Of a DNA stretch of 64,000 nt, positions 20,883 through 31,011 are shown one piece after another. Position 1 is the first letter of the stretch; each line of letters starts with the position of its first letter. Where the stretch lies: NCBI GenBank assembly GCA_041392315.1, contig JAWKMH010000006.1, forward strand, positions 262,537 to 326,536, in the 5' to 3' direction. The translations under genes were made by a program, and so were the position numbers. The notes below the pieces were generated by a model. That model was not told the DNA's origin. It saw nothing but the letters and a program-made list of their open reading frames with translations, and did not search any database. Source of the DNA: Spirosomataceae bacterium. Lineage in GTDB: Bacteria; Bacteroidota; Bacteroidia; Cytophagales; Spirosomataceae.

Positions 20883-21593
20883 TTATTTCGGCATGGTAGG
20901 CCGTACTTCAATTTTGCTGGGCAAGGTGCGGGGGTTCATTTTGAGCAAATCAGCTACTATTTCGCCAATATCTTCAGGTTGGATCTTCCACGCATCTTTG
21001 TCAGAAGGCTCGTGGTTGTTGAAATAGGTAGCCACCGACCCTGGCATAATAGTCGTTACTTTGATACCATGGTGGCGTACATCAAGCATAACGGCCTGCG
21101 TAAAACCCACCAAACCAAACTTACTGGCATTGTAGGCGGAGCCATTGGCAAAGAAATTGGTACCTGCCAAACTCGCTATCGTAATCAAATACCCTTTAGC
21201 GTCTTTCAAGGCAGGTAAAGCTGCTTTGACACTATAAAAAACGCCTGTTAAATTCACATCAATGGTTTCTTGCCACTGCTCCACGGTGAGTGACTCGACA
21301 GGTGCAAAATGACCTACACCTGCATTAGCTATCAACACATCTAATTGCCCCCAAGTGTCTATTACTTGATTAACAGCATCTTGCTGAGAATCAAAACTAC
21401 GCACGTCTGCCACCACACCCAACGCAAAGCCTGCTTTAATTTGGTTTAGCTGTGCAGTAGCCTCCTTAACTGTGGCCTCGTTGCGTCCTGTAATGGCTAC
21501 TTTATATCCTTCTTTGATGAGCTTTTCAGCTACGCCGTAGCCTATTCCTTTGGTACCGCCTGTGATCAGTGCTGTTTTTATGCTGTTTGACAT
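20883..21593 (-). CDS. SDR family oxidoreductase
   Basis: TGGTKGIG, ANAG, catalytic YNASK. Confidence 0.93.
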   Translation of the reverse strand: MSNSIKTALITGGTKGIGYGVAEKLIKEGYKVAITGRNEATVKEATAQLNQIKAGFALGVVADVRSFDSQQDAVNQVIDTWGQLDVLIANAGVGHFAPVESLTVEQWQETIDVNLTGVFYSVKAALPALKDAKGYLITIASLAGTNFFANGSAYNASKFGLVGFTQAVMLDVRHHGIKVTTIMPGSVATYFNNHEPSDKDAWKIQPEDIGEIVADLLKMNPRTLPSKIEVRPTMPK

Positions 21594-21624
21594 AATAAAG
21601 TGTTTTGTTGTTTAGACTAAAAAC

Positions 21625-22224
21625 TTACCGACTTTGATAAAAGTTCGGCCATAACATCGGTACACGACGGCGGTAATCTAAGTAAGTATCTTCAAATTGA
21701 CGAACGAGTTTCTGCTCTTCAAATACAATACCAATACGGATGTACACTATAACGCAGAGTACCATGATAAGGCTACGAATAGTGGCCTCTTCCCAAAAAA
21801 GGCCTAAGACAAACAATATCGTTCCGCTATAAATTGGGTGTCTTACATATTGGAGCAGGCCACTGCTTCTGAAATTGGTTTGAGCTGCTTGCTGGGGTGT
21901 TTTCAAACCCACAAATTCACCCAAATAGTAGCCTTTTAATGCAAAAAAGACGGTAACAAGCCCTGACAGTTTGAGCAAATCTGCTAAAATATCTAACCGC
22001 CAATCAAACGCCCAAAGTCTATCGGTGGGTAAAATGCGTTGGTATAGCCACAAACCCACCAATAACCCAAATGCCAATAGGTTGTAAATCAGCCGATAAT
22101 AGCGGAATGACCTTCCTAATTTTAGGGCTAAAAATTGCTTTACGGTACTGCTTGCCAATACACTATGCAATGCGCCATAAGCCAGCCAAAGAGAGATTTG
22201 TAGGAAATAAGGGGACATATTCAA
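21625..22224 (-). CDS. Isoprenylcysteine carboxyl methyltransferase / NnrU-like membrane protein
   Basis: HSVLAS, YRLIYN, VRHPIYSG, EEQKL..F...Y..YRRRVP. Confidence 0.82.
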   Translation of the reverse strand: MNMSPYFLQISLWLAYGALHSVLASSTVKQFLALKLGRSFRYYRLIYNLLAFGLLVGLWLYQRILPTDRLWAFDWRLDILADLLKLSGLVTVFFALKGYYLGEFVGLKTPQQAAQTNFRSSGLLQYVRHPIYSGTILFVLGLFWEEATIRSLIMVLCVIVYIRIGIVFEEQKLVRQFEDTYLDYRRRVPMLWPNFYQSR

Positions 22225-22315
22225 ACAGTCATAATAGCAAATTTAATGACCAAAATAGCGATAAAGAAATGTAAATCACTATTTTCGTTTTCATAAATCC
22301 TCTAAAAACTATACC

Positions 22316-23854
22316 GTGAAAAAAATAGCTTTTTACTTCATCCTACTTCATTGGGTTTGTATTGCCAACACTGTCGCACAGTCGTATCAGCCGCCTATCT
22401 TTATTGATGCCGAACGAGAGAAAAAAATAGAAGCTACCTTCCCAGTCATAGACAGGATTTACCAAGACCATGCCGCTCAAAGCCATTTCCCAGGTTTTGT
22501 CTATGGCATAGTGGTTGATGGTAATTTGGTTCATACAGGCAATGCAGGCTATACAGATGTGGGCAAAAAAACAAAAGCTACCACCCAATCACTTTTCAGA
22601 ATTGCTTCAATGAGCAAGAGTTTTACGGCCATGGCGATTTTACAATTGCGTGATGCAGGTAAACTCCATTTGGACGACCCCGCCGATAAGTACATTCCTG
22701 AAATGAAAAAGATGAAATTACTCACCTCCGATGCCCCTGCCATTACCATAAGACACCTACTTACCCACGCCGCCGGCTTTCCTGAAGATAACCCCTGGGG
22801 CGACAGACAGTTGGCAGATACCAACGAGGAACTACTCCAACTCATTCAAAGCCCTGTTTCTTTTTCCAATGCCCCTGGCATCGCTTACGAATACAGCAAC
22901 TTGGGTATCACGCTGTTGGGATATCTGATACAAAAGGTATCAGGTAAAACCTACCAACAATACATCAACGAAAATATATTCACTCCTCTTGGTATGACCC
23001 ACACCCGATGGGAATACACTGAAGTCCCTGCCGACAAACTTGCCCACGGCTACCGCTGGCTTGATGGAAAATGGGTAGATGAACCCCTCCTCCACGACGG
23101 GGCTTATGGTGCTATGGGTGGCTTGATTACTTCTATTGAGGATTTTAGTAAATACATGGCTTTACATATAGCTGCTTGGCCTCCGAAAAACGATGCCGAT
23201 AATGGCCCGCTAAAACGCAGTTCGATACGAGAAATGCACCAGCCTTGGAATATCAGTGGCTTTGCACCGCAATACAAGTATGCCAGTGGCCGGCCTTGTG
23301 GCACTGTATCGGCTTATTGCTATGGACTGAATTGGCTGCGCGACTGCGAAAATCGCGTGTATGTAGGGCATAGTGGCGGATTGCCCGGCTTTGGAAGCAA
23401 CTGGCGGTTTTTGCCCGAATACGGCGTTGGTGTGGTTTGTTTCGCTAATCTCACTTATGCCTCTACTGTGCCCGTCAATCTAAAAGTGTTGGATACGCTC
23501 ATTGTGAGCGCCCAACTCAAGCCTCGCCAATTGCCCGCCTCGACTATTATCAAACAGCGCCAGAAAGAACTGACACAGCTATTACCCAACTGGGAAAACG
23601 CCGAAAAAAGTGGCCTCTTTGCCGAAAATTTCTTTGCCGATTATGTATTGAATGACCTTAAAAATGAGTCGAAAGCACTGTTTGAAAAGGCGGGCAAGAT
23701 AGTAAGCATCAAAGAGATAGTTCCTGAAAACCAACTACGTGGCCGCTATCTTATCGAAGGCGAAAAAGCAACACTGTGGGTATCTTTTACGCTTACTCCC
23801 GAAAATAAGCCACTGATTCAGGAGTATCATATCGGAGAAGTGAAAAATCCTTAA
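22316..23854 (+). CDS. Serine hydrolase (beta-lactamase/class C-like family), exported
   Basis: FRIASMSK (SxxK), LLTH, YSN, GHSGG; signal peptide. Confidence 0.9.
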   Translation: MKKIAFYFILLHWVCIANTVAQSYQPPIFIDAEREKKIEATFPVIDRIYQDHAAQSHFPGFVYGIVVDGNLVHTGNAGYTDVGKKTKATTQSLFRIASMSKSFTAMAILQLRDAGKLHLDDPADKYIPEMKKMKLLTSDAPAITIRHLLTHAAGFPEDNPWGDRQLADTNEELLQLIQSPVSFSNAPGIAYEYSNLGITLLGYLIQKVSGKTYQQYINENIFTPLGMTHTRWEYTEVPADKLAHGYRWLDGKWVDEPLLHDGAYGAMGGLITSIEDFSKYMALHIAAWPPKNDADNGPLKRSSIREMHQPWNISGFAPQYKYASGRPCGTVSAYCYGLNWLRDCENRVYVGHSGGLPGFGSNWRFLPEYGVGVVCFANLTYASTVPVNLKVLDTLIVSAQLKPRQLPASTIIKQRQKELTQLLPNWENAEKSGLFAENFFADYVLNDLKNESKALFEKAGKIVSIKEIVPENQLRGRYLIEGEKATLWVSFTLTPENKPLIQEYHIGEVKNP

Positions 23855-23905
23855 ATTAGATTGCTGGCTTTTTGCTCTTTTGTATTCAAATAACACTTAA
23901 CCATA

Positions 23906-25246
23906 ATGACTACTTCTCGTAGAAATTTCGTTCGTTCAGCCGCTATTGTGGCAGGTTCCAGTCTTTTTTCATTTGCACCTTTAGAAGTCTTAGCCAGTCA
24001 GCGCAGGCGCGTATCGGCCAATGAAAAGCTTCATTTGGGGGTCATTGGCTGCAAAGGTATGGGTTGGTCGGATTTACGCTCACATTTACTGATGAGCGAT
24101 GTAGAATGTATCGCCCTTTGCGATGTAGATCAGAGTGTGCTTGACCAACGCGCTGCCGATGTCGAAAAAGCCCAAGGCAAGCGCCCTGAGTTATACAAAG
24201 ACTATCGCAAGATGCTCGAAAACAAAGACATAGATGCGGTCATTATTGGTACTCCCGACCATTGGCATTGCTTGGTGCTCACCGACGCTTTGGCCGCAGG
24301 TAAGCACGTTTATTGTGAAAAACCTCTGGCCAATTCTATCGAAGAGTGTAATCTAATGTTGGCGGCAGCGAAGCGTTCCAACAAAATTATTCAAATAGGA
24401 CAATGGCAGCGGAGCGGTTCGCACTACGAAAAAGCCATTGATTATGTGCAGTCAGGAAAAATTGGTAATATTCGTTTGGTGAAAGTGTGGGCGTACCAAG
24501 GATGGATGGAACCCGTTTCCATAAAACCCGACAGCCCCGTACCCGCAGGAGTAGATTATGATATGTGGCTCGGCCCAGCTAAAAAGCGGCCTTTCAACCC
24601 CAATCGCTTCCACTTCAATTTTCGTTGGTTTTGGGACTATGCCGGCGGCCTCATGACCGACTGGGGTGTACATGAAATAGACATTGCGCTCTACGCTATG
24701 AAAGCCAAAGCCCCTAAATCTATCATGGCTTCGGGCGGAAAATTAGCCTACCCCGATGATGCCTCCGAAACTCCTGATACGCTACAAACCGTGTACGAAT
24801 ACGATGGCTTTAATATGCTCTGGGAACACGCCACTGGTATAGATGGTGGTAATTATGGCTTGACAGAAGGCATTGCTTTTATCGGTAACAACGGAACAGT
24901 CGTGTTGCACCGTGGCGGCTGGATGTTACATCCCGAAACTCAAACTAAAAACGGTATCAAGGTCTATAAAATCGAAGATATTCCCGACCAAGCACGCAAT
25001 GGCGAGTACCTCAACGAACACACTAAAAACTTCGTGCAGGCCATCAAAGACAATAGCCCTAAAATCTTAAAATGCGGTATAGAAACAGGAAGTGTAGCCG
25101 CTATCAACGCCCATATGGGCAATATTGCCTACAAAACAGGCCGTAAAGTGTATTGGGATGCCACTGCGGGTGCTTTTAAAAATGATGCCGAAGCCAACGC
25201 CCTCATCAAAGCCCATTATCATAATGGCTGGCAATTGCCCAAGTAA
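23906..25246 (+). CDS. Gfo/Idh/MocA family oxidoreductase with Tat signal
   Basis: SRRNFV Tat motif, GTPDHWH, YCEKP, DYDMWLGPA, MTDWGVH. Confidence 0.93.
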   Translation: MTTSRRNFVRSAAIVAGSSLFSFAPLEVLASQRRRVSANEKLHLGVIGCKGMGWSDLRSHLLMSDVECIALCDVDQSVLDQRAADVEKAQGKRPELYKDYRKMLENKDIDAVIIGTPDHWHCLVLTDALAAGKHVYCEKPLANSIEECNLMLAAAKRSNKIIQIGQWQRSGSHYEKAIDYVQSGKIGNIRLVKVWAYQGWMEPVSIKPDSPVPAGVDYDMWLGPAKKRPFNPNRFHFNFRWFWDYAGGLMTDWGVHEIDIALYAMKAKAPKSIMASGGKLAYPDDASETPDTLQTVYEYDGFNMLWEHATGIDGGNYGLTEGIAFIGNNGTVVLHRGGWMLHPETQTKNGIKVYKIEDIPDQARNGEYLNEHTKNFVQAIKDNSPKILKCGIETGSVAAINAHMGNIAYKTGRKVYWDATAGAFKNDAEANALIKAHYHNGWQLPK

Positions 25247-25247
25247 G

Positions 25248-25355
25248 TTTTGCCATTCCAGCCTTTGCCATTTCCCCCTTTGTCATTCCAGCCCTCCTTT
25301 GTCATTCCGACGAAGGAGGAATCTATACGTTATTCCCTCTTCTTCTGAATGACAA
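25248..25355 (+). repeat. REP-like element preceded by three truncated tandem copies of its 5' end
   Basis: tttgccattcc, tttgccatttcc, tttgtcattcc, then tttgtcattccgacgaaggaggaatct (25298-25324) and a remnant right arm ...gaatgacaa. Confidence 0.7.
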
Positions 25356-25388
25356 TAAACTCTCTGCTACTTTCACATATAAAATTGA

Positions 25389-25396
25389 TACCTTTG
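25389..25396 (+). promoter_or_regulatory. -7 promoter element (TACCTTTG) for purM
   Basis: TAnnTTTG 24 bp before ATG. Confidence 0.55.
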
Positions 25397-25420
25397 CGGT
25401 TCATTTTGTGACCTATCACC

Positions 25421-26587
25421 ATGACCGAACGTTACCTTCAACGCGGCGTATCTGCTTCCAAAGAAGATGTGCACAACGCCATTGCCAAACTCGACAAAGG
25501 GCTTTTTCCCAAGGCATTTTGTAAAATTGTACCTGATATTTTGGCAGGCGACCCTGATTATTGTACCATCATGCACGCCGACGGTGCAGGAACAAAAACC
25601 TCCCTGGCCTACCTTTATTGGAAAGAAATAGGCGATTTATCGGTATGGAAGGGTATTGCACAAGATTCGATTGTGATGAATACCGACGACCTAATTTGTG
25701 TTGGAGCTACTGGCCCAATGCTAATTTCGTCGAGCATTGATCGCAACAAAAACAAAATCCCAGGCGAAGTCATTGCTGAAATCATCAATGGAACAGAAGA
25801 AGTATTAGAGATGCTCCGAAGTCATGGAATAGAGATTTATAGCACGGGGGGCGAAACCGCCGATGTAGGAGATCTGGTGCGTACCATCACGGTCAATAGC
25901 ACCATCATTGCTCGCATGAAACGTGCCGATGTGATTTCTAATGATACGATTCAAGCAGGTGATGTGGTAGTAGGATTAGCTTCATTTGGGCAGGCATCTT
26001 ACGAAACCTCTTATAATGGTGGCATGGGTAGCAATGGCCTTACTTCTGCCCGCCATGATGTGTTGGGACATTATCTCGCCACCAAATATCCCGAAACCTT
26101 TGACCCCGAAGTTCATTCGGCTTTGGTGTATAGTGGCTCAAAATACCTCAATGATGTGGCAGAAAATACCCCCCTCAATGTGGGCAAGCTTATTTTATCA
26201 CCTACGCGCACTTACGCACCTGTAGTAAAGGTAATCTTAGACGAACTTCGTGCCCACATTCATGGCATAGTGCACTGTAGCGGAGGGGCGCAAACCAAGG
26301 TGTTGCATTTTATTGATAATCTACATGTTGTAAAAGACAATCTTTTTCCCATTCCTCCTCTTTTCAAACTGATTCAGGCCGAAAGTGGCACGAGTTGGCA
26401 GGAGATGTATAAAGTTTTTAATATGGGGCATCGTTTGGAAATTTACCTATCTGAAATCCACGCCCAACGGGTCATTGAAATCGCTCAGTCCTTCAACATT
26501 GAAGCCCAAATCATCGGTCGAGTAGAAGCATATCAAGGCAAAAAAGTAACGATTCGTAGTGAATTTGGGGAATTTGTGTATGAGTAA
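25421..26587 (+). CDS. purM: Phosphoribosylformylglycinamidine cyclo-ligase (AIR synthase)
   Basis: RGVSASKEDVH, MHADGAGTK, GGETADVGD, SNGLTSARH, EMYKVFNMG. Confidence 0.93.
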   Translation: MTERYLQRGVSASKEDVHNAIAKLDKGLFPKAFCKIVPDILAGDPDYCTIMHADGAGTKTSLAYLYWKEIGDLSVWKGIAQDSIVMNTDDLICVGATGPMLISSSIDRNKNKIPGEVIAEIINGTEEVLEMLRSHGIEIYSTGGETADVGDLVRTITVNSTIIARMKRADVISNDTIQAGDVVVGLASFGQASYETSYNGGMGSNGLTSARHDVLGHYLATKYPETFDPEVHSALVYSGSKYLNDVAENTPLNVGKLILSPTRTYAPVVKVILDELRAHIHGIVHCSGGAQTKVLHFIDNLHVVKDNLFPIPPLFKLIQAESGTSWQEMYKVFNMGHRLEIYLSEIHAQRVIEIAQSFNIEAQIIGRVEAYQGKKVTIRSEFGEFVYE

Positions 26588-26598
26588 AGCTTTATTTT

Positions 26599-26625
26599 TT
26601 TGTCATTCCGAAGTATGAGGAATCT
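26599..26625 (+). repeat. REP-like half element
   Basis: tttgtcattccgaagtatgaggaatct, a variant of the 25298 copy. Confidence 0.6.
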
Positions 26626-26789
26626 AAATCAGCATACCACCATACATCGAGAGGCTATTTTTACCTCACAACAGGTTTCTAATACGTTTTTTCGTAGTTT
26701 TGCGGCTCAAAAATGACATTAGACACTTGTCTTCAAAGGCATAGTATATCATCAAACGTCAAACATCCCATAAAACGTAGCTGAGAATA

Positions 26790-29441
26790 ATGACTTCCCA
26801 CGAAATACGTCAAGCATTTTTAGATTTTTTCAAAAGTAAAGGCCACTTAATTGTCCCCTCTGCCCCTTTAGTAGCCAAAAATGACCCCACGCTCATGTTC
26901 AATAACTCGGGCATGGCGCAGTTCAAAGATTTTTTCTTGGGTAATGGCACGCCGCCCAGCAAGCGTATTGCCGATACCCAAAAGTGCTTGCGCGTGAGTG
27001 GAAAACACAACGACTTGGAAGACGTAGGTTTTGATACTTACCATCATACCATGTTTGAGATGTTGGGCAACTGGAGCTTTGGCGATTATTTCAAAAAAGA
27101 AGCCCTGGCTTGGAGTTGGGAGCTACTGACACAAGTATATCAACTTCCTAAAGATCGTATTTATGTATCGGTTTTTAAGGGTGACGAAAAAGACGGCGTG
27201 CCGTTTGACCAAGAAGCGTGGGACATTTGGAAAGCCATTTTAGGCGGCGAAGAGCGAATCATTTTAGGAAACAAAAAAGACAATTTTTGGGAAATGGGCG
27301 ACGTAGGCCCTTGCGGCCCTTGTTCCGAAATCCATATTGATCTCCGCGATGAAGCCGAAGTGGCTTTAAAATCGGGCAAGGAACTCGTCAATGCGGACCA
27401 CCCGCAAGTGGTAGAAATCTGGAACAACGTATTTATGCAGTTTGAGCGCAAAGCCGATGGGTCGTTGATTACGCTTCCTGCCAAACACGTGGATACAGGG
27501 ATGGGCTTTGAGCGCCTTTGTATGGCCATTCAGGGCAAACAATCGAACTATGACACCGATATTTTTCAAAATACCATTCAGGTCATTGAGAAAATGTGCG
27601 GTAAAAAATACGGCGTAAGCGGGACGCTCAACACCAGCGATTATACCGACATCGCCATGCGCGTTATCGCTGACCACCTTCGGGCGGTAAGTTTCGCCAT
27701 TGCCGATGGGCAGCTTCCCTCCAATGCCAAAGCAGGTTACGTAATTCGTCGCATTTTGCGCCGCGCCATTCGCTACGGCTACTCATATTTGGGCTTTACT
27801 GAGCCTTTTATGAGTCAGTTGGTGCCTGTGTTGGCCGAACAATTCAAAAATGTATTCCCAGAGCTTAAATCGCAGGAGGAGTTTGTGACGCGCGTAGTGT
27901 TGGAAGAAGAAAAGAGCTTCTTGCGTACCTTAGAACTGGGAATCAAGCGATTCGAGTCGCTTAACCCAACGGGAGGCGTCATTGATGGAAACATCGTTTT
28001 TGAACTCTCCGACACTTACGGTTTCCCTGTGGATTTAACGGCGCTTTTGGCCAAAGAAAAAGGCTACAAAATCGATGAAGCTGGCTACGAAAAGGCATTG
28101 GCCGAACAAAAGAACCGCAGTCGCCAAGACGCCGCCAAAGAAGCCACCGACTGGGTAGAAATAAACGAAGGAAGCGATTTTGAGTTTTTGGGCTACGATA
28201 CCCTCGAAGCCACCGCTCAACTCATCAAATACCGCAAGGTAAAAACCAAAGCTGGCGACGAATACCACATCGTACTTGACCGCACACCTTTCTACGCCGA
28301 AATGGGTGGCCAAGTGGGAGATACGGGAACGATAGAAGTGATGAGAGATGAGAGAAGAGTGATAAACATTGTGGATACCAAAAAAGAGAATGATTTATTC
28401 ATTCATGTTTCGAGGGATAAGAATTTAGACGAACTACTCATCGCTCCTCACTCCTCACTCATCGCTCGAGTTGACGCTCATCGTCGTCAGAATATCATGC
28501 GGAACCACACGGCTACGCACTTGATGTTGGCGGCTATGCGTCGGGTGTTGGGAACGCACATTGTTCAGAAAGGTTCGTACCAAAACGACGAAGTGACCCG
28601 CTTTGACTTTTCGCACTTTGCCAAAGTAACCGACGACGAACTCGCGCAGATTGAAGCCATTGTCAATGGTAAAATCCGCGAAAACATTGCGCTCAAAACC
28701 CACGTCAACATTCCCATCGACGACGCCATCAAAATGGGTGCAACGGCCACTTTTGGTGAAAAATACGGCGATTTTGTGCGTGTGGTAGAGTTTGACCCCA
28801 ACTTTTCGGTCGAGCTTTGCGGGGGAACGCACGTACCTGCTACGGGCGAAATCTCGCTCTTTAAGTTTATCTCTGAAGGGTCTGTTTCGGCGGGGGTTCG
28901 GCGGGTAGAGGCCGTAACGGGCGAAAAAGCCTTTGAGTTGTTGAACGACGAATTACGCATTACCAATACCCTACGCGATATGTTCAAAGGGCAAAAAGAC
29001 GTTGTCAAAGCCGTTGAAGGTCTTTTGGCTGAAAAAGCTGCTTTGCAAAAACGCATAGAAGCCCTCGAAAACGAGAAGTTAGCCCAAGTAAAAGACGCCT
29101 TGTTGACCCAAGTAACACACACCAACGGCGTTGCCAGCCTCATTGCGCGCGTGGAAGTTCCAAACGCCGACGCTTTGAAATCGTTGGTATATCAATTGAA
29201 AGAGCAATCACAAGCGCCTTTCTACATCGTTTTAGGAACGGTGTTGGGTGGTAAGCCTCAGTTGGCCGTGATGCTTTCTGACGACTTAGTAGCACAAGGC
29301 AAACACGCAGGCAACATCGTAAAAGAGCTTGCCAAGGAAGTAAAAGGTGGTGGCGGTGGTCAGCCTTTCTTTGCCACCGCAGGTGGTTCCGACGCCAGCG
29401 GCTTGGATGCTGCCTTAGCAAAAGCCCAAGGAATCGTGTAG
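26790..29441 (+). CDS. alaS: Alanine--tRNA ligase
   Basis: DPTLMFNNSGM, HHTMFEMLGNWSFGDYFK, DTGMGFER, editing motifs NHTATH and ELCGGTH, GGGGG C-Ala; TAGTTTTG promoter at 26695. Confidence 0.98.
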   Translation: MTSHEIRQAFLDFFKSKGHLIVPSAPLVAKNDPTLMFNNSGMAQFKDFFLGNGTPPSKRIADTQKCLRVSGKHNDLEDVGFDTYHHTMFEMLGNWSFGDYFKKEALAWSWELLTQVYQLPKDRIYVSVFKGDEKDGVPFDQEAWDIWKAILGGEERIILGNKKDNFWEMGDVGPCGPCSEIHIDLRDEAEVALKSGKELVNADHPQVVEIWNNVFMQFERKADGSLITLPAKHVDTGMGFERLCMAIQGKQSNYDTDIFQNTIQVIEKMCGKKYGVSGTLNTSDYTDIAMRVIADHLRAVSFAIADGQLPSNAKAGYVIRRILRRAIRYGYSYLGFTEPFMSQLVPVLAEQFKNVFPELKSQEEFVTRVVLEEEKSFLRTLELGIKRFESLNPTGGVIDGNIVFELSDTYGFPVDLTALLAKEKGYKIDEAGYEKALAEQKNRSRQDAAKEATDWVEINEGSDFEFLGYDTLEATAQLIKYRKVKTKAGDEYHIVLDRTPFYAEMGGQVGDTGTIEVMRDERRVINIVDTKKENDLFIHVSRDKNLDELLIAPHSSLIARVDAHRRQNIMRNHTATHLMLAAMRRVLGTHIVQKGSYQNDEVTRFDFSHFAKVTDDELAQIEAIVNGKIRENIALKTHVNIPIDDAIKMGATATFGEKYGDFVRVVEFDPNFSVELCGGTHVPATGEISLFKFISEGSVSAGVRRVEAVTGEKAFELLNDELRITNTLRDMFKGQKDVVKAVEGLLAEKAALQKRIEALENEKLAQVKDALLTQVTHTNGVASLIARVEVPNADALKSLVYQLKEQSQAPFYIVLGTVLGGKPQLAVMLSDDLVAQGKHAGNIVKELAKEVKGGGGGQPFFATAGGSDASGLDAALAKAQGIV

Positions 29442-29469
29442 AGACTCACTTTCTTTCCAATATGTTAAT

Positions 29470-29515
29470 ACCCCCGCTCTTGTTCGGATGAATGAGGGCG
29501 GGGGTTTGTTTTTTT
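29470..29515 (+). terminator. Rho-independent terminator after alaS
   Basis: acccccgctctt...gagggcgggggt stem followed by a T-tract. Confidence 0.8.
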
Positions 29516-29580
29516 GTCAATTGACACTTGATAAAATATCATAACCTATCCCTCCCAGCCACGAGCAAAAAAGTATTTCA

Positions 29581-29664
29581 CCTATTAAATCAAACAAAAA
29601 ACAGCCAAAGTTGCCTATTAAATCAAACAAAAAACGCTTACATTTGCCTATTAAATCGAACAAA
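29581..29664 (+). repeat. Three direct repeats CCTATTAAATC(A/G)AACAAA with 33-bp period overlapping a TACATTTG promoter element
   Basis: Copies start at 29581, 29614 and 29647; TAnnTTTG at 29639-29646; ATG at 29668. Confidence 0.85.
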
Positions 29665-29667
29665 CCC

Positions 29668-31011
29668 ATGATAAAGAGGCAGTTAGAGAGTTTCTTGTAC
29701 GAGTGGAAGAATTCAGCCTCTCGCAAGCCATTGATTTTGCGCGGGGCAAGGCAAGTAGGAAAAACTACCTTGGTGACACAGTTCGGAAATTCATTTGACC
29801 AATACCTCTATTTTAATTTAGAACGGGCCGCTGACCGCCAACTTTTCAATTCCGTTGAAAACCTTGCTACGACGATACAATTGCTATTTTTAGCAAAGGG
29901 AGAAGTCGAGAACAAAGACAAAAAAACACTGATTTTCATTGATGAGGTACAAGAATCTCCCAAAGTATTGGAGGCATTGCGATTTTTCTATGAAGATTAT
30001 CCCCACCTCTACATCATCGTAACAGGCTCGTTGCTGGAATTTGCGATGGAACAAATCGCCCGTATGCCCGTAGGCAGGGTGGAATTTGCGGAATTACATC
30101 CACTCAACTTTCAAGAATACCTCAGTGGAATGGAAAATCAAGCACTAATAAATGTGCTCAACCATGTTCCGCTCGACAATCAATTACTTGCCGTAATTTA
30201 CCCAGTTTTTCACGAATACGTAATGATTGGTGGTATGCCCAATATCACGTACAGCTATCTTCAGGACAAAAACCTAAGCCGAATCATCAGTTTGTATGCC
30301 TCTATCACTGAGGCTTACAAAGCCGATATTGAAAAATACGCCACCAACTTCACGCAGCGTACAATCTTGCGTCATGTCATGGATACCGCGCCGTTTGAGA
30401 TAGACAACCGCATTATTTTTAACCACTTTGGCAATTCGTCTTTCAAAACACGAGAGGTAAAAAAAGCAATTAATGCCTTAGAAAAAGCTAAAATATTGGA
30501 ACTAATCTACCCTACGACTAATGTTTCGTTGCCTTCTCTACCCGATTTCAAAAAAAGCCCTCGTCTCCAATACTTAGATGTTGGATTGGTTAATTTTCAA
30601 TTGGGGCTACACCGTGAGCTACTCGTTGTCAGCGACTTAAATAATAGCTCTCGCAGCAAACTCATTCAACAAGTAGTGGTGCAAGAAATCAAATCATTGC
30701 GTTACTTACCCGATTCAGGGCTTCACTTTTGGGTACGTGAAGAAAGTGGAACTTCTTCGGAGGTGGACTTGGTTTATCCTTATCGCAATCTGCTCGTTCC
30801 CATAGAAATCAAGTCAAGACCAAGTGGTACGTTACGTTCATTACACGAATTTATGGATCGTTGTCCCCACGACGTAGCAGTGCGCTTTTATGCAGGAAAC
30901 ATTTCCATTGACCACGTTCAAACCCGTAAAGGCAAACCCTATCGTCTCCTCAATCTTCCCTACTTTTTAGCGGCTTGGTTAGAAGATTATTTGAGGTGGT
31001 TTGTTGTCTAA
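29668..31011 (+). CDS. AAA+ ATPase (AAA_14) with C-terminal DUF4143 PD-(D/E)xK nuclease-like domain
   Basis: Walker A GARQVGKT, Walker B IFIDEVQ, TGSLL, IGGMP, EVDLV...IEIKS. Confidence 0.88.
   Translation: MIKRQLESFLYEWKNSASRKPLILRGARQVGKTTLVTQFGNSFDQYLYFNLERAADRQLFNSVENLATTIQLLFLAKGEVENKDKKTLIFIDEVQESPKVLEALRFFYEDYPHLYIIVTGSLLEFAMEQIARMPVGRVEFAELHPLNFQEYLSGMENQALINVLNHVPLDNQLLAVIYPVFHEYVMIGGMPNITYSYLQDKNLSRIISLYASITEAYKADIEKYATNFTQRTILRHVMDTAPFEIDNRIIFNHFGNSSFKTREVKKAINALEKAKILELIYPTTNVSLPSLPDFKKSPRLQYLDVGLVNFQLGLHRELLVVSDLNNSSRSKLIQQVVVQEIKSLRYLPDSGLHFWVREESGTSSEVDLVYPYRNLLVPIEIKSRPSGTLRSLHEFMDRCPHDVAVRFYAGNISIDHVQTRKGKPYRLLNLPYFLAAWLEDYLRWFVV

Noticed and set aside
22316-23854. Antibiotic-resistance beta-lactamase
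   Set aside because: SxxK serine hydrolases of this type are widespread esterases/peptidases; nothing in the sequence shows beta-lactam specificity
29581-29664. Mini CRISPR array
   Set aside because: Repeat (18 bp) and spacers (15 bp) are too short, only three copies, no cas genes, and it overlaps a promoter
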